Shown: one piece after another, positions 35,341 through 48,555 of the stretch
Numbering within the stretch: position 1 is the stretch's first letter
How the letters are laid out: each line of letters opens with the position of its first letter
Assembly (NCBI GenBank): GCA_043228905.1
Contig: JBHGNT010000001.1
Location: 23,932,001 to 23,996,000, forward strand
Direction of reading: 5' to 3'
Length of the DNA stretch: 64,000 nucleotides
From: Azolla caroliniana
Taxonomy: Eukaryota; Plantae; Polypodiophyta
The notes under the pieces: model-generated
The model's database searches: none
Told to the model about the DNA's origin: nothing
Seen by the model: only the letters and a program-made list of their open reading frames with translations
Position numbers and translations under genes: made by a program

Positions 35341-38300
35341 TTAACGTCTTCTAAGGCCAAAATTGGCCCATGAGACAAATGGTGTACAACAAAAATGGGA
35401 TATTTACTCATTCATCGAAAGTAAAAATAAAAATAAGATAAAATAGAGTTTAAGCTAAATAGTTCTAAGAAAACAACAAACATGTTCTATATAAAAAACA
35501 TGTTCTACAATGAGAATGATTCTATACTAGGCCTAATTTCATTTCCATCCAAGTCTCTCGAAGAGAAGCGGGGGGTCAAAGGGTTGCCATGTGGATGTGG
35601 CCCGTGGTCCCCATGTAAGAGGTACCCCAACCATAGCTTCGAGTCGACGTAGCTCACGTTCCCTTATCTTCTTAATCTTTTCTACTCCACGTTGACTTGT
35701 GTTGAAGCCCAACATCCGAGGACGTTTGGTTGCTCTTTGTATTTCTGCTTCCTCAAGGGAGAGGCCGAGCGGCATAAGTGTATCCACATTCATCGTCTCC
35801 CCATGTTCCTGAAAAATTACACTAGGTACATGTTGATGAGTAGTAAAAGGGTTATGATTAACACTTTGTAATTTATCCTCCCTATGTTGTTTTAGCTCTA
35901 AGATATACCTACCTAGTCTCTTTACACTCGGGGTATCTAATAGTTTGGAGAGGGTGGGAGAGGGTCCTAGTATGTCTTGGTATTCCGCCCGTATCTCGGC
36001 ATAAGTTGGGCACTTGCATGTGAAGTGATACTCATCCTCTATCTCTATGTGGCATAACCTACATAGCCTTTCCTCTCTAGGGACTCTATTAGCTCGACCA
36101 TTCTCAATCTCAAGTTGGTGAGATGATATCCTAAGTTGTCCAATGGCCACCCTTAGTGCATTTGATAAGAAAGTATCTAGGTATCTTGGTCGTGTAATAA
36201 ACCCTAACTTAGAGAAGTGCAAGAAGTGTTCCTTATAGTACACCATTTTAGATGGGAGTGGCTCTCGTGGGGTGATCCATTTGTATCGAGTGTAGATTTG
36301 CCATATTTCTTGGCGTATCACTTTATTACGATCTTCACGAGAGATTAAAGTTTGATCAGTCCCATGGTTGTACTTAAGGGGAGGTAGGTTATTAATGTCT
36401 ATGCCATTTGCAAATAACCAACTCACCACAATGCTATACCAAGAGTTAGTGTCTCCAGACACATGTAAGGATCGGGATGCCTCAAAGGCTCGACGGGATA
36501 TCCTATCTTATGGTTGACTATGTATCCGATGAATAAAAGCTACCACTTGAAAGAGTGCTTCTACTAACATCGGGGGTAGGCTAAACTCCGCTCTAATAAT
36601 GTCATGTGGTACTGTCGATTTGCTTCGGAGTTGACGTGATAACATCACCACTAAAGGTCTCTCCAATTGCGTCCACATGAAAGATGGTAGACCTGGAGCC
36701 CATACTACTGATGCATACATGAGGGACGGGGTCACTAATGAGTCGAAAAGCCATCCCTTAGTCCGTGGCTCTTGAAAGTATGCTTGGTGGCATTGTCTCT
36801 CTAAGAGTGAGAGGGATGCATATCCTCTCGTTAGCCTATCTTTGGCTGCCTGGGTCATCGAGAATTTACCTGAGCGAGCACTAAAAGTGACTCCCAAGTA
36901 TACATAAGATCCCACCACCTCAACTAGTTTATGAGAGAGGATGAGGTGACATTTACTCCTAACTCTGGACGATGTATGAAAGATAAGGACTTTAGTTTTC
37001 GCTAGATTCACTACCAGTCCTCGTTGTGTACAAAAGTCATCTAGGGCATTAAGATGCTTTTGTAGGTCGTGTTCCGACTCCGAGAGCAAGACAATGTCGT
37101 CTGCGTAGAGTAAGAGACTAACTTGCGTATCCCCAATAGCCACTCCTTTGCCTCCCTTACGAGCAATAAAATCAGTGATCTCATCAATGTAGATCCCAAA
37201 AAGAGTCGGTGATAGGGGGCAACCCTGTTTTACACCAATGGTGCTAGTGAAACAATCGGATAGGCCACCTGGGCATCTTACGCGCCCACAGACTTGCTCA
37301 TATAGGGCATAAATGGCCCAAATCATGTCATTTGGTATCTCCAAGCTCTTAAGTCTATCAAACAACCTCTCCCTAGGAACTGTATCAAAGGCTTTGCGAA
37401 AGTCCACAAAGCAACAATATAGTTTCTTCTTACGAGCCTTTGTTTGGTCAATTAAGCACCTAAGTGTGAAGATGTGGTCAATAGTGGAGAAGGCTCGTCT
37501 AAAGCCAGCCTGCTCAGGTGCTCGAAGACTTAATGTTTCCATATAATCACTGAGCTCCGCTTCCATTACTGCACCATATAGTTTAGCAAGCGTATGACCT
37601 ATCATAATGGTCCTATATGTATTTGGGTCCATTGGGTCCCCTCCTTTATGTATAGGGGCCACAGTGTTCATGGCCCATTGTGGTGGAAAACCCTTGGCGA
37701 GGGCGCGGTTGAAGATTAGAGTGAGAAAGGGAGCTAGGCACTCTCGAGCATATATGATGTGCTCGGCTCGCAATCCTGTGTGGTCCATGGATTTCCTATG
37801 TTGTAATTTTTTTATGACCTTCGTGACCCTAGAGGTCGTGAAAAGTGTCCCCATGGGAGGTCGAGGTGTGGAGGGCATTGGAATGGGTGGTTGGTTCGGG
37901 ACATGGTAGAGTCTCTCGGTATATGTGTGCCAAATATTGGGATCCTCGATGGGTGTTTGTGGTCTCGGTTCCCGTAGTCTCTTCCATGCAAGGGCACAAT
38001 CCCTACTCATGAGCATATGGTAGAGTTCCCAATATTGAGATGCTTCCCAAGCTCGTCTTTTACGACGTGTCATCTTGCGCATCTCTTTGCGAGCCTGTAC
38101 TAAGGAGATAGTACCACTGAGTCGCGATACTTTAAGTTGTCTATACAACTCTCTACAATCCTCGTCTTACCACTTGTTTTGTGGCATAGACCCTATTCTA
38201 CTATGATTGGAGTCTTTCGTGTATGGGAAGCTACTAGTGGCGGCTGAGTGAAGGATGTGTGTGAGTTCTGTAGTGAGGTTCTCTAAAGGCAAGGAAGAAT

Positions 38301-38607
38301 CAAACGAGGAAAGATGGGCTTGAACATGTCGAGAGTAGATGTCCGCGAGCTCATGCGTGAAATGTATTATAGTGTGATGGGTTGGTTTACTAGAATTGGT
38401 GGTGTGGGAGGTGTCACATTTTAGCTCAAAGTATAGGAAGGTATGGTCTGCCCCAATGGGGCATGGGGCCACCCGGAAGGAGCTAACCATGTGGGTAGCT
38501 TCAGGGCGTCCTATTAGATAATCAACGGTGCTTTCCCCTCCTCCATGTGGGAAACATGTGAGCTCTTCCGAGCCCGGCCACTTGGCTAAGCCATTATATA
38601 TGATCAG

Positions 38608-38610
<3 letters not shown>
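35341..38610 (-). mobile_element. 5'-truncated RTE-X-like LINE (APE end, RT, C-terminal Zn finger), flanked by GA repeats
   Basis: ORFs 38167-38610, 36508-38148 and 35539-36462 form one frame with two TAA stops. Motifs: STVDY, QAGFR, FVDFRKAFD, GVKQGCPLSP, LLYADD, SSHQLEIENGR...CRLC...EDEYHF..KC. Confidence 0.9.
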
Positions 38611-38647
<37 letters not shown>

Positions 38648-39692
38648 AGAATGAAGCCAAAGAATGTATCAATGAGGATGTACATAATGTGGAAGTTGAT
38701 GCTAAGGCAATTTTGTGCTCTTTCAACATATTTTGTACTAGAAAACTTTGATTCATAAATTGGACTAAACAATAGGTGAATACACAATATTGGCTAATCA
38801 TATTGGCCTCTTATTGATTCATACAATTCGTAAGAGGAACATGTTCCCCATTCACTTCACCCTTGGTCATGTCAATTAGTCCCTTGTTGTAGACCTAATA
38901 CATATAATGAATTGGTTTATGCAAATGATGGCTTTGTGGTTTTTGTTATTGCAAGACGCATGCTTGCAAAGTCGTGGATATCTATTGTCTGATATTTCAT
39001 AACACATGAGAGGACAACGATATTACACGAGTTGACCATTACTTAATGCAATATTACACTCAAAATTCCTCATTCTTTATGTGCTCAATAGTTGGTTATC
39101 TCATGACATAAAAACACTTTCTTTAATTGAATTGACACTATTATCGAATAGAGATCATCATCATAATTCTCATGTCTTCTTTATTTTTACGTTTCCATGA
39201 AAAGGAGAGTTTGTGCTCTTTGTTTAATTATTTACTTCATTTGGGGGTCAAACAAGCGGGAGATATAGACGAGGCTTGATTTGAGAGATATTTGAACTTT
39301 GTTGAATGTTACGATTATTATCTATCCTAGTTATCGAGTTAACATTAGTGAATGATCCTTTACTCATATAAACCAAAGTGCATCAATGGGTTGATTTACA
39401 TTTATGGGTGTTAAAAATCAAGCCCAACTACCCTAGTGTGAACACTCCACCTTGTAAACATTAACTATTTGTCATAGAAGTAACTGCCTATGACACACTA
39501 GTTATGGGATAGTTAAAACATCTCAAGAATCTAGTGAGAGAGTGAGGTGTTAGGTGAGAGAATGTAGAGAGCGAGGGTAACTATATAAGCATCACTCTCT
39601 CCTCTTTTGTAATTGGCCAGTTTTGTTTTCTTCTTCTTGTGAATATACAATTTTCTGATTTTCTTTTGCATACACACACACACACACACACA

Positions 39693-41258
39693 TGTTGTCC
39701 AAGGAGGAGAGTATGTTTCCGGAAGTGTGAACCGAAAGCCGGATATTAGATATTAGATAACTAGAATATTAATAATGACGGATCCGGATGGATGTACCGA
39801 TCCTGATCGACACCGTTTTGTATCTAGACCGGAGGCCTATATAAAGGATTCGGATTGTATATTTAAGAGAGCAAGTAATATAAGTGTTGCCGTCTGTGCT
39901 TGCAATTTCTAATCTTACGCAGGTAACCTATAATTGGATACAATGTGTGTTCTGGAAAGTAACCGGATAAGTTTATAAGTGTAATGAAGCATTATTCCAT
40001 CTCTCTAACCACATCTTTGGAGAAGTATTCTAGAAAGGGATACCTTGTGTTTGTGGTAGAAGTCCGGCCCAGGATAAACACAATTTTGGTGACCACAATT
40101 TCTGCATAGAGCAGTGAACACCGGAGATGGATGTCGTCTAGACTGATGAACGACCCGGGAGCCGAACGAGTGAGAAGACTAGCTGAGAGACTACGGAGAC
40201 GAGAAGCGTACCAGCAGGTGGTTGAGGAGATCTGGCAGGATCGGTCTTTTCCAAGAGCGCTTCAGAGGGTCACAGAAGAAACGGTTTGAATACAAAATCA
40301 ACATCGACCGGACGAGGAGAGCAACCTAATGAACCTCGACGATGCCGAAGCCATATTGCAAACCCTCGCAACAGGGTCAGGGGATTCAGAAGCATTTTCG
40401 ATATTTGAATCACGGTCAGACAACGACATGAACGATGAGTGGAGTGTTCAGTCCCATTACCGATCCAGCCACGACACTTCGGAGGAGCCAGAGGAGGAAG
40501 TTCTAGAGTAGATACCAACGTCGGGGTCCGAAACCAAGACACCGACACCACCGGTAGAAGAAGCGATTCCGGTGCAAACACCACTAGCAGAAGAAGCTAT
40601 ACCGGTGCAAACACCACCGACGCCGATAGAATGTGCCGACAAGGATGATACGATGCCACACCCTTATCCAAACAGACAGTTGACGTGGGCACCCCTGGAA
40701 GAAGAGGTAAAAGAGATATTTTTGACGGCTCTACGGGAGCCACTCCGGACTACATTGGCAGTTTTGGATTTCAGAACAAGTATGTTAGATCAAGTAATCG
40801 ATCGAGTGCTCGGCATGGATTGAGCCCAGAACTGCAACACCATGTTGATGGGAGAACTACAAAGAGATTTGCCCAAGGAGGAGGACTTGCGTTTCCGCCA
40901 AGCAATACAATGCACAACTTGCTTGAACTTGGGCCATTCTAGCTTGGAATGCACCATGCAGACACACTGTGCATTGTGCAACTCACGGGCACATACAATT
41001 AAGCGGTACGAATATAACCTGCTTAATCGCCAAGCAGCATCGGTACGACAGATAGAGCCCCGTGAGGATCGGTTCTGGTACGGACCAAAGGGAAGATTCC
41101 AGTATGACGATGTCCGAAGGAGGGAAGAGTATCCACGAGACCTGTACGATCGAGATTACTCGTTAGAATATGATTGAAGGAGAGGAGCGGAACGGAGGTA
41201 CCCGGACCAATAGGGTTACCACAATTAGTGCTGAAATCATAACCACCGACGAGGTAAC
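39693..41258 (+). mobile_element. Ty3/gypsy element C (relative of A1): 5' LTR and deleted gag, interrupted by copia B
   Basis: TG follows a (CA)n tract. The LTR ends ...TCCGGCCCAGGATAAACA ~40080, followed by TTTTGGTGACCAC as in A1. gag peptides FLTALREPLR...DQVIDRV and FRQAIQCTTCLN match A1. Confidence 0.8.
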
Positions 41259-41505
41259 TGTTGGGAAATTGGTCCCTCCGGACGGGACCCGGTGATGAAT
41301 GAAGAGGACCCGGTGAGAACCAGAAGAGACTCTGTGAGAACCGAAAGAGACCCGGTGAGAACCGAAAGAGAAGACATATCTGTAAATATGTTTTGAGTAA
41401 GCCTATTGAGGCTATATTTGTAAATAGCCCTAAGTTCATATAAGTATAAATATGACTTAGGGCAATCAGGTTAGTAAGGTTGTTGTCATATTGTTGTAAC
41501 TGTTG

Positions 41506-41557
<52 letters not shown>

Positions 41558-44500
41558 TTACGAGCACTCACGGTTGTAACCGTCGTCTGACGAAGATCGC
41601 GAGCACGAGATCGTTGCCTCTGTGCCTCCACTTTGTATTTCCTCTCATATAGTGATAGTTGGAGTCCGTGGGCTCCCGTGGTTTTTCCCTATTAGGGTTT
41701 TCCACGTAAACATCTTGTGTCATTTTTGTGTACTCTCTCGTTCATCCCCATTTTTGTGTTTCAATACTCGGTTGTGGCTGAGCGATATTCCGTGCTATTC
41801 TCGACAAACTGGTATCAGAGCGACAACACAGAAAATGGAAGATTCATTCGGCGGCATGTTCAAGCTCACCGGCTCCAACTACTCAGTGTGGAAGTTGAAG
41901 ATGAGGGACATGCTCATGGTTAAACATCTATGGTTGCCGGTACAGTTTGGGGATGCAAGACCGGACAAGATCGATGCCACAATGTGGGAGGTGATGCACA
42001 TGAAGACAACAACGTACATCTGATGCTTCATCGACATGAACCTGTACAACAACTTCAATGAAGAGAGCAAGGCTCATGAGCTTTGGGAGAAGATCGACAT
42101 TATGTTTCAGAACAAAAATGTTGTTAATCAGGTTTCGGTATTCTAGAAGCTAATAAGACTCCGGTACCAAGATGGCTCCAGCATGGCGGAGCACATGAAT
42201 GCCTTCCAGGGGCTGATAAACCAAGCAACTTCGTTGGAAGTACCTCTTGCTAATGAGGTCCTAGCATTGCTCCTACTCGGTTCCCTCCCGGATAGCTGGG
42301 AGACGTTAATTGTCATGTTGGGCAACACCGGGCCGGAAGGAAAACAACTATCCCTAGCAAGAGTCAAGTCGAGCTTGCTAGATGAGGAGGTGCGTCGGAA
42401 AGACAAGGAGGTGATCTCCGACACCAAAGCCCTCCTTACCGAATCAGAATGCGGAAGACAAAGGAATCGGAGTCCCCAGAACCGGGAAAAGTTAGGGACA
42501 CGGTCAAAGTCAAGGGGGAGGCCCACTTGCTTCTATTGAGACAAGCTAGGGCACTTCCAGAAGAACTGTTGGCATTTCCGGAAAGACAAGGGAACCGATA
42601 GTACCGATTCGAAGAAATCACCGGATCGAAACGGTTCGGATCGGCGAGGCCTGGACCGGAAGGGAACGACGACGATCGTGGCAAGTGAAGAAGAACTAAG
42701 CCTCATCACCGAGGAGAGTGAGTTGAACCTTGCCAGCGACGAGACAACATGGGTTGTCGATTCCAGAGCGTCGTTGCACCTTACCTCGGACAGGAAATGC
42801 TTCTCATCCTACACAACCAGTGAGCATGATTGTGTCCGGATGGGGAATGAAGGTACATGCCGAATTATCGACATAGGAGATGTGTTGTTGACAACATCAA
42901 CCGGATGCAAATTGCTGCTGAAGGATGTCCGGCACGTTCCGGAGGTTCGATTGAACTTGATATCAACCGGTCGGCTAGATGATGAAGGCTACATGGGTAG
43001 CATCCGCAACGGTGTTATGAAGTTCTGCAAGGGAAGCTTGATAGTGGCTCGAGACTGGAAGGTCAACACATTGTACCTGATGCATGCCCGGATATGCCAC
43101 GAAGATGTGAACGTAGCATTCGACACTACCGGTGAGATGTGGCACAAAAGACTGTGTCACATGAGTGAGAAGGGGATGAAGAGGCTTGCCGAAGACAACC
43201 TCATTCCGGTGAAGGACATGCAACTTGAGAAGTGCACTGATTGCTTGGCCAACAAGCAAAACCGAACCTCCTTCTGATCAAGACCACCGATGAGACGGAA
43301 TGCACCACTGGAGCTGGTGCATACCGATGTGTGTCAAGTGGACACGAAGTCACATGCCGGATCTTAGTACTTCATGACGTTCATAGATGACCACAACCGA
43401 AAGTTGTGGGTCTCACCATTGAAGACGAAGGATCAGGTGCTATTCGTCTTCAAGGAGCTCCACGTGAGAGTGGAAAGAGAAACCAGTCGGAAATTGAAGG
43501 CGGTTCGAGCAAATAACAGAGGAGAATACCGAGGGTAGTTCGAGGAGTATTGCCAGTCGAAGAGAATTTGACTTGAGTTTACTGTACCCAAGATGCCGGA
43601 ATTGAACAGGCCGGGTGAAAGGATGAACCGGACCATAATGGAGAGAGTCCGGAGCATGCTAGCATATGCCAAGTTACCCAAGACGGAAATACGGATAATC
43701 GAAAGTTGACATCAGGTTATCTTTTCACCTATGGCGGCAATGCCATATCATGAAGGTTGAAACTTCAAGAGTGCACAACCCTATTGTTGAGAGACAAGCT
43801 CAACATCGGCCGAATCAGCTGAGCAAGCCGAGGATCGGATCGGTTGGGACCGATCGGTTAGGCCAGACCGGTGTGTAAAACGGATACGCAAACCGGTGCG
43901 TAAGAAGAGGTCGTATCGGTGCGTACACCGAAAGGCCGTTAGAAAGATATTCCTCGTAAGGAATAGTTTTGGGAGTAAGAGTCGAGGCTCATTTATGAGC
44001 AGTCAAGTACTCTCAGTACTTGTGTCAGTATAGACCAGTAAAGATGTATCTTACCGGCATTTGAAGGTGTTCGGGTGTCTCGCTTATGTGCATGTGGTGA
44101 AGGACAAGAGATCAAAGCTAGATCCGAAGTCCCGGCCATGCATATTCCTTGGATACGACGATGATGAGTTTGGTTATCGGGTGTGGGCTTTGGTCGACAA
44201 GAAGGTGTTCCGGAGTCGGGACATAGTCTTCATGGAAGACAGGACCATTGTCGATTGGGAGTCGGAGAAGAAGGTGATGAACTCCGGATCATCCAATGAA
44301 AATTGGCCTGAGGACACAAGGACCTACCCGGTTGAAAACCAAATGTTGGCCGATAACCGGATGACACTTGACGAACCGGTCGGATATGGAAAGGAAACCG
44401 AACCGATCGAAGAAGAAGAAGAAGAAGAAGAAGACACCGGAACCAGACAAGATCCCGAATCGGATTCGGATTCGGAACAAACGGAGGAACCGGTAGTCAG

Positions 44501-46448
44501 AAGCCAAGGACGGAGATATCCTCTCCGAGAGAGAAGAGCCCCCCAGAGATTTCCGGATGCAGAGCATGTGTTGCTAACCGATGAGGGGGAGCTGGAAAAC
44601 TTCGAAGAAGCAAAGAGAGATACCCACAACCCCAAGTGGTTGAGTGCCATGCAGGACGAGATGGATTCTGCATGAGAACCACACATATGAACTGATGGAG
44701 TTGCCGAAAGCGAAGAGAGCACTCCGGAACAAGTGGGTGTACAAGCTGAAACCAGGAGATGCTGGAAATCCAGCAAGGTATAAGGCCCGAATCGTGGTGA
44801 AGGGCTTCCAACAGAAGTAAGGAGTGAACTTCGATGAGATCTTTGCCTCGGTAGTAAAAATGACATCCATCCAGACGGTATTGGGTATAGCGGCAAGCAT
44901 GGACCTCGAGGTAGTGCAATTGGATGTGAAGAAGACATTCGTCCATGGTGACCTCGAAGAAGAGATTTACATGCATCAACCGGAAGGATTTGAGAAGAAA
45001 GGGAAGGAGCACCTGGTGTGCCGACTAAAGAAGAGCTTATATGGACTGAAACAAGCTCCCCGACAATGGTACCGGAAGTTCGACTCTTTCATGACGGATC
45101 AAGGGTACCACAAAACGCAAGCCGATCACTGCGTGTTTGTGAAGAAATTTGACGGAGGAGACATCCTCATACTTCTCATATATGTGGATGATATGTTGAT
45201 CGTCGGAAGAGACCAAGGTAAGATACAAATGCTGAAGAATGCTCTGAACCGGACCTTCTCAATGAAAGACTTGGGGTCAGCAAGACAGATATTGGGGATG
45301 CACATCATCCGGGACCGGTCGAAGAAGCTATTGTGGCTATCACAGGAAAAGTACGTGACGAAGGTGCTTCAGCGGTTCAACATGTCAGAGGCGAAACCGG
45401 TCGGTATCGACACTTTCGGCAAACTGCAAGCTATCCGAAAAACAAAGCCCAAGGACAAAGGTGGAGAAGACGGATATGATGAAGATACCATATGCATCTT
45501 CCATCAGGAGCTTCATGTATGCGATGGTCTGTACCCGGTCGGATATCAGATATGCAGTCGGAGTGGTGAGCCGGTTGATGAGAAATCTTGGAAGAGAGGA
45601 CTGGAATGCAATCAAGTGGATACTCCGGTATTTGAAAGGCACCACTAGTATGTGCCTCCGGTTTGGCTTCAGAAAACCCCAACTCGATGGTTTCACGGAT
45701 TCAGATATGTTGGTTGATGCAGATACCAACTGATCTACATCCGGATATGTCATGACTTATGCGGGGGGAGTTGTATCATGGCAGTCGAGGCTACAAAAGA
45801 CGGTTGCATTGTCAAGCACAAAGGTAGAGTACATGGCAGTTGTAGTAGCCGACAAGGAGATAATCTAGATGAAGGACTTCATCGAAGAGCTAGGGATCCA
45901 ACAGGAGGAATACTGGCTCTACTGCGATAGTGAAAGCGCAATCCACCTTGCAAAGAACGTGGCCTACCATTCTCCGACGAAACATATCCAGCAGAGGTAC
46001 CACTGGATCTGGGAGAGAGTACAAGATCAAGAGTTCGTGCTGACGAAGATCCACACGGATTAAAACGGGTCGGACATGCTGACCAAGGTCTTGACAACCG
46101 ACAAGCTGAACGCGTGCTGAAAGCAGACCGGGCTGACAAGACATCCCATGCCGGAGTGAAGGGGGACATTTTTGGGAAATCGGTCCCTCCATATGGGACC
46201 CGGTGAAAACCGGAAGAGATTCGGGAACTGGAAGAGACCCAGTGAGAACCGGAAGAGAAGCCATATCTGTAAATATGTTTTGAGTAAGCCTATTGAGGCT
46301 ATATTTGTAAATAGCCCTAAGTTCATATAAGTATAAATATGACTTAGGGCAATCAGGTTAGTAAGGTTGTTGTCATATTGTTGTAACTGTTGTGTAGAGA
46401 GAGAGAGAGAGAGAAAGAGTAGCTACGAGCACTCACTGTTGTAACTAC
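41259..46448 (+). mobile_element. Decayed Ty1/copia element B; 3' LTR interrupted by element D
   Basis: 5' LTR 41259-41806, PBS TGGTATCAGAGC at 41810-41821, and gag-PR-INT-RT (IYVDDM)-RH with many stops. PPT GAAGGGGG ~46158-46165. The 3' LTR runs from 46170 to 46448. Confidence 0.9.
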
Positions 46449-46669
46449 TGTCGCGATGTGGCGTGCTCGAGAGTGGGGAAAACCGGCGAAAGGCAGGGTC
46501 AAAATGTGCATGTGCAATGTGTGTGCACACAAAAGTGATTAATTGTGCATATGCAAAATAAAAGGGAAAAGAAAGGGTGGAAAGGATGTATAGAAGATCG
46601 TGTAAAAATTAATAGAGTGGAGAGATAAAAGGCAGAGGGGAGACATGCTATGAATTTGTAGAGATAGAA
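46449..46669 (+). mobile_element. First ~220 bp of the element D LTR (truncated copy)
   Basis: TGTCGCGATGTGGCG... matches 47045 onward with a few substitutions, then breaks into integrase sequence. Confidence 0.9.
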
Positions 46670-48555
46670 AAGCATTTGTCGACCGGCACAGGAAAGGAAA
46701 CGAAAAACTGTTCGCAATCGGCAAACCGGTGTTAGTATTTCAGACCCGAATGGGCAAGATGCCGAGTAAACTACGGTTTAGATGGACCGGACCGTATTGG
46801 CTGACACGTGAGTATAATGGGGGTCCTACCAGTTAGGGACACTTTCCGGCGAAGTGCTAGGAAAATGGGTCTACGGATTCCGATTGAAGCCATATAGAGG
46901 ACCAATGCCCAAAAACCCATTTGAGTAAAGGACCGACACCGGTGCGGAAACGGCAACCTATGAGGGAAACGACAACCACCAAGACGGCAGAGATGGCAGA
47001 GAGAGAGAGAGAGAGTAGCTACGAGCACTCACTGTTGTAACTACTGTCGCGATGTGGCGTGCTCGAGAGTGGGGAAAACCGGCGAAAGGCTGGGTCAAAA
47101 TGTGCATGTGCAATGTGTGTGCACACAAAAGTGATTAATTGTGCATATGCAAAATAAAAGGGAAAAGAAAGGGTGGAAAGGATGTATAGAAGCTCGTGTA
47201 AAAATTAATAGAGAGGAGAGATAAAAGGTAGACAGGAGACATGCTATGAATTTGTAGAGATAGAATTATATATTATATAAAACAGAGTTAATGGGCTAGT
47301 GGATAGTCACATTGACCTCTAGCTAGAGGTGCACAGTTCAAATTTGTTCTTTAAATGCAACAGGATTTAAGGAATTTTATTCCTTTTGCATTGAAGACAA
47401 AATTGGTGACCCCCCCTCTTTTTTCCTATAAAAGGAGGTCGAGTAGGGCCTCATTTGGGAGGGACATTTTGGGAGGAGGAGACTATCGTCATTTTTCCTT
47501 CGGAGCCCTTATCTTCTTCTTCACCACTTCTCTTCATCTCATACCCCTTCATCCCCTCATCGCCACGTGCTCGCCTTCTTCGCGTTAGCACTCGAAGTGC
47601 TCGTGAGCCCAAGCTTCGTTGGTTCGACGTTGCTTCGCCCCGTTCGTCGTTGCGAGCCAGTGTGCTCGTCGTTCCGGTGGTCGTGGTTCGTTGGGGTTGG
47701 CATTTTGGTGGTGCTCGTGTGTTCATCTTCGTCGTGTTCGGATTTGCTCTTGTCTCTAAGGGCATTTAGTATTTATGTTTTGATTGAGCTGGTGGTTAAC
47801 TAGAAGTTGCCATTGTAATCAAACCCTATTTTATAAAGGGGCCTCTTGCGTTGGAATCGAACATGTATTTATTTCTTTGGCTGATATCATTCGTGTTTCT
47901 TTCTTCTTTCTTTGTCTATGTCTTCCTTGTACGTTCGGTCGTCTTGTGATGAGGGAGCGTTTTGGGCGTGCCCATGCATCTCGCCTCCTCATAAAGACGT
48001 ACAGGCATTCGTGTTTGTGTTATCGTCCCCTTGTGCGTTCATCTTGCATGCTCATCTTGCGTGCTCATCTTGCTTGTACCCGTTTGATCATTTGGCTCGT
48101 GCGGTGATCTCGAAAGGTCGACGAGTCGTGATCAACGAAAGCCACCGACCTCACAAAACAAAGGGGAACGAGCCCTTACTCGGAGAGGGTTCGTAGAGAG
48201 AGTTCGTAGAGTGGGTTCGTAGAGTGGGTTTGTTGAGAGGATTCATAGAGAGGATTCGTAGAGTTGGTTCGTAGAGTGGAGAGGATTTGTAGAGTGAGTT
48301 CGTAGAGAGGATTCATAGGGAGGGTTCGAAGAGTGCTTTATATTTATAAGATTTAAAATAAATAAATAAATAAATAAATAAATGTTTATCCCTTGAGTAC
48401 TCCCTAGTCCAAGACCCCCGTGGTCCCACCCAAGTAACACGCGCATGAAACCTCGTGACATAAATTGGTGAAGCCAACGTGAGAGGGCGGCAAGGGAAAA
48501 CCAAGATGCGAGGAGGAGAACTCGTTGAAGCTATAGCGGCGGCGGTGAACCACTT
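46667..48555 (+). repeat. Duplicated 1.9-kb chimeric segment (integrase piece, copia-B LTR piece, D LTR, PBS, gag start), copy of 52421-54309
   Basis: Constant offset of 5754 bp across identical ORF pairs (46771/52525, 47355/53109, 47912/53666). Confidence 0.95.
47045..48460 (+). repeat. Element D LTR (1416 bp), copy 1
   Basis: TGTCGCGA...TCGTGACA. TATAAAA ~47427; GAGAGGGTTCGTA-type tandem repeats ~48183-48332; followed by the PBS. Confidence 0.9.

Noticed and set aside
38644-39670. AT-rich stretch with an LTR-like TATA/poly(A)-signal arrangement near 39580-39650; also checked for missing KOB1 exons
   Set aside because: No termini, PBS/PPT or recognisable peptide were found, so it is left unannotated.
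47355-48196. ORF cluster repeated identically at 53109-53950
   Set aside because: It lies within the D LTR, and the identity reflects the duplication rather than coding constraint.
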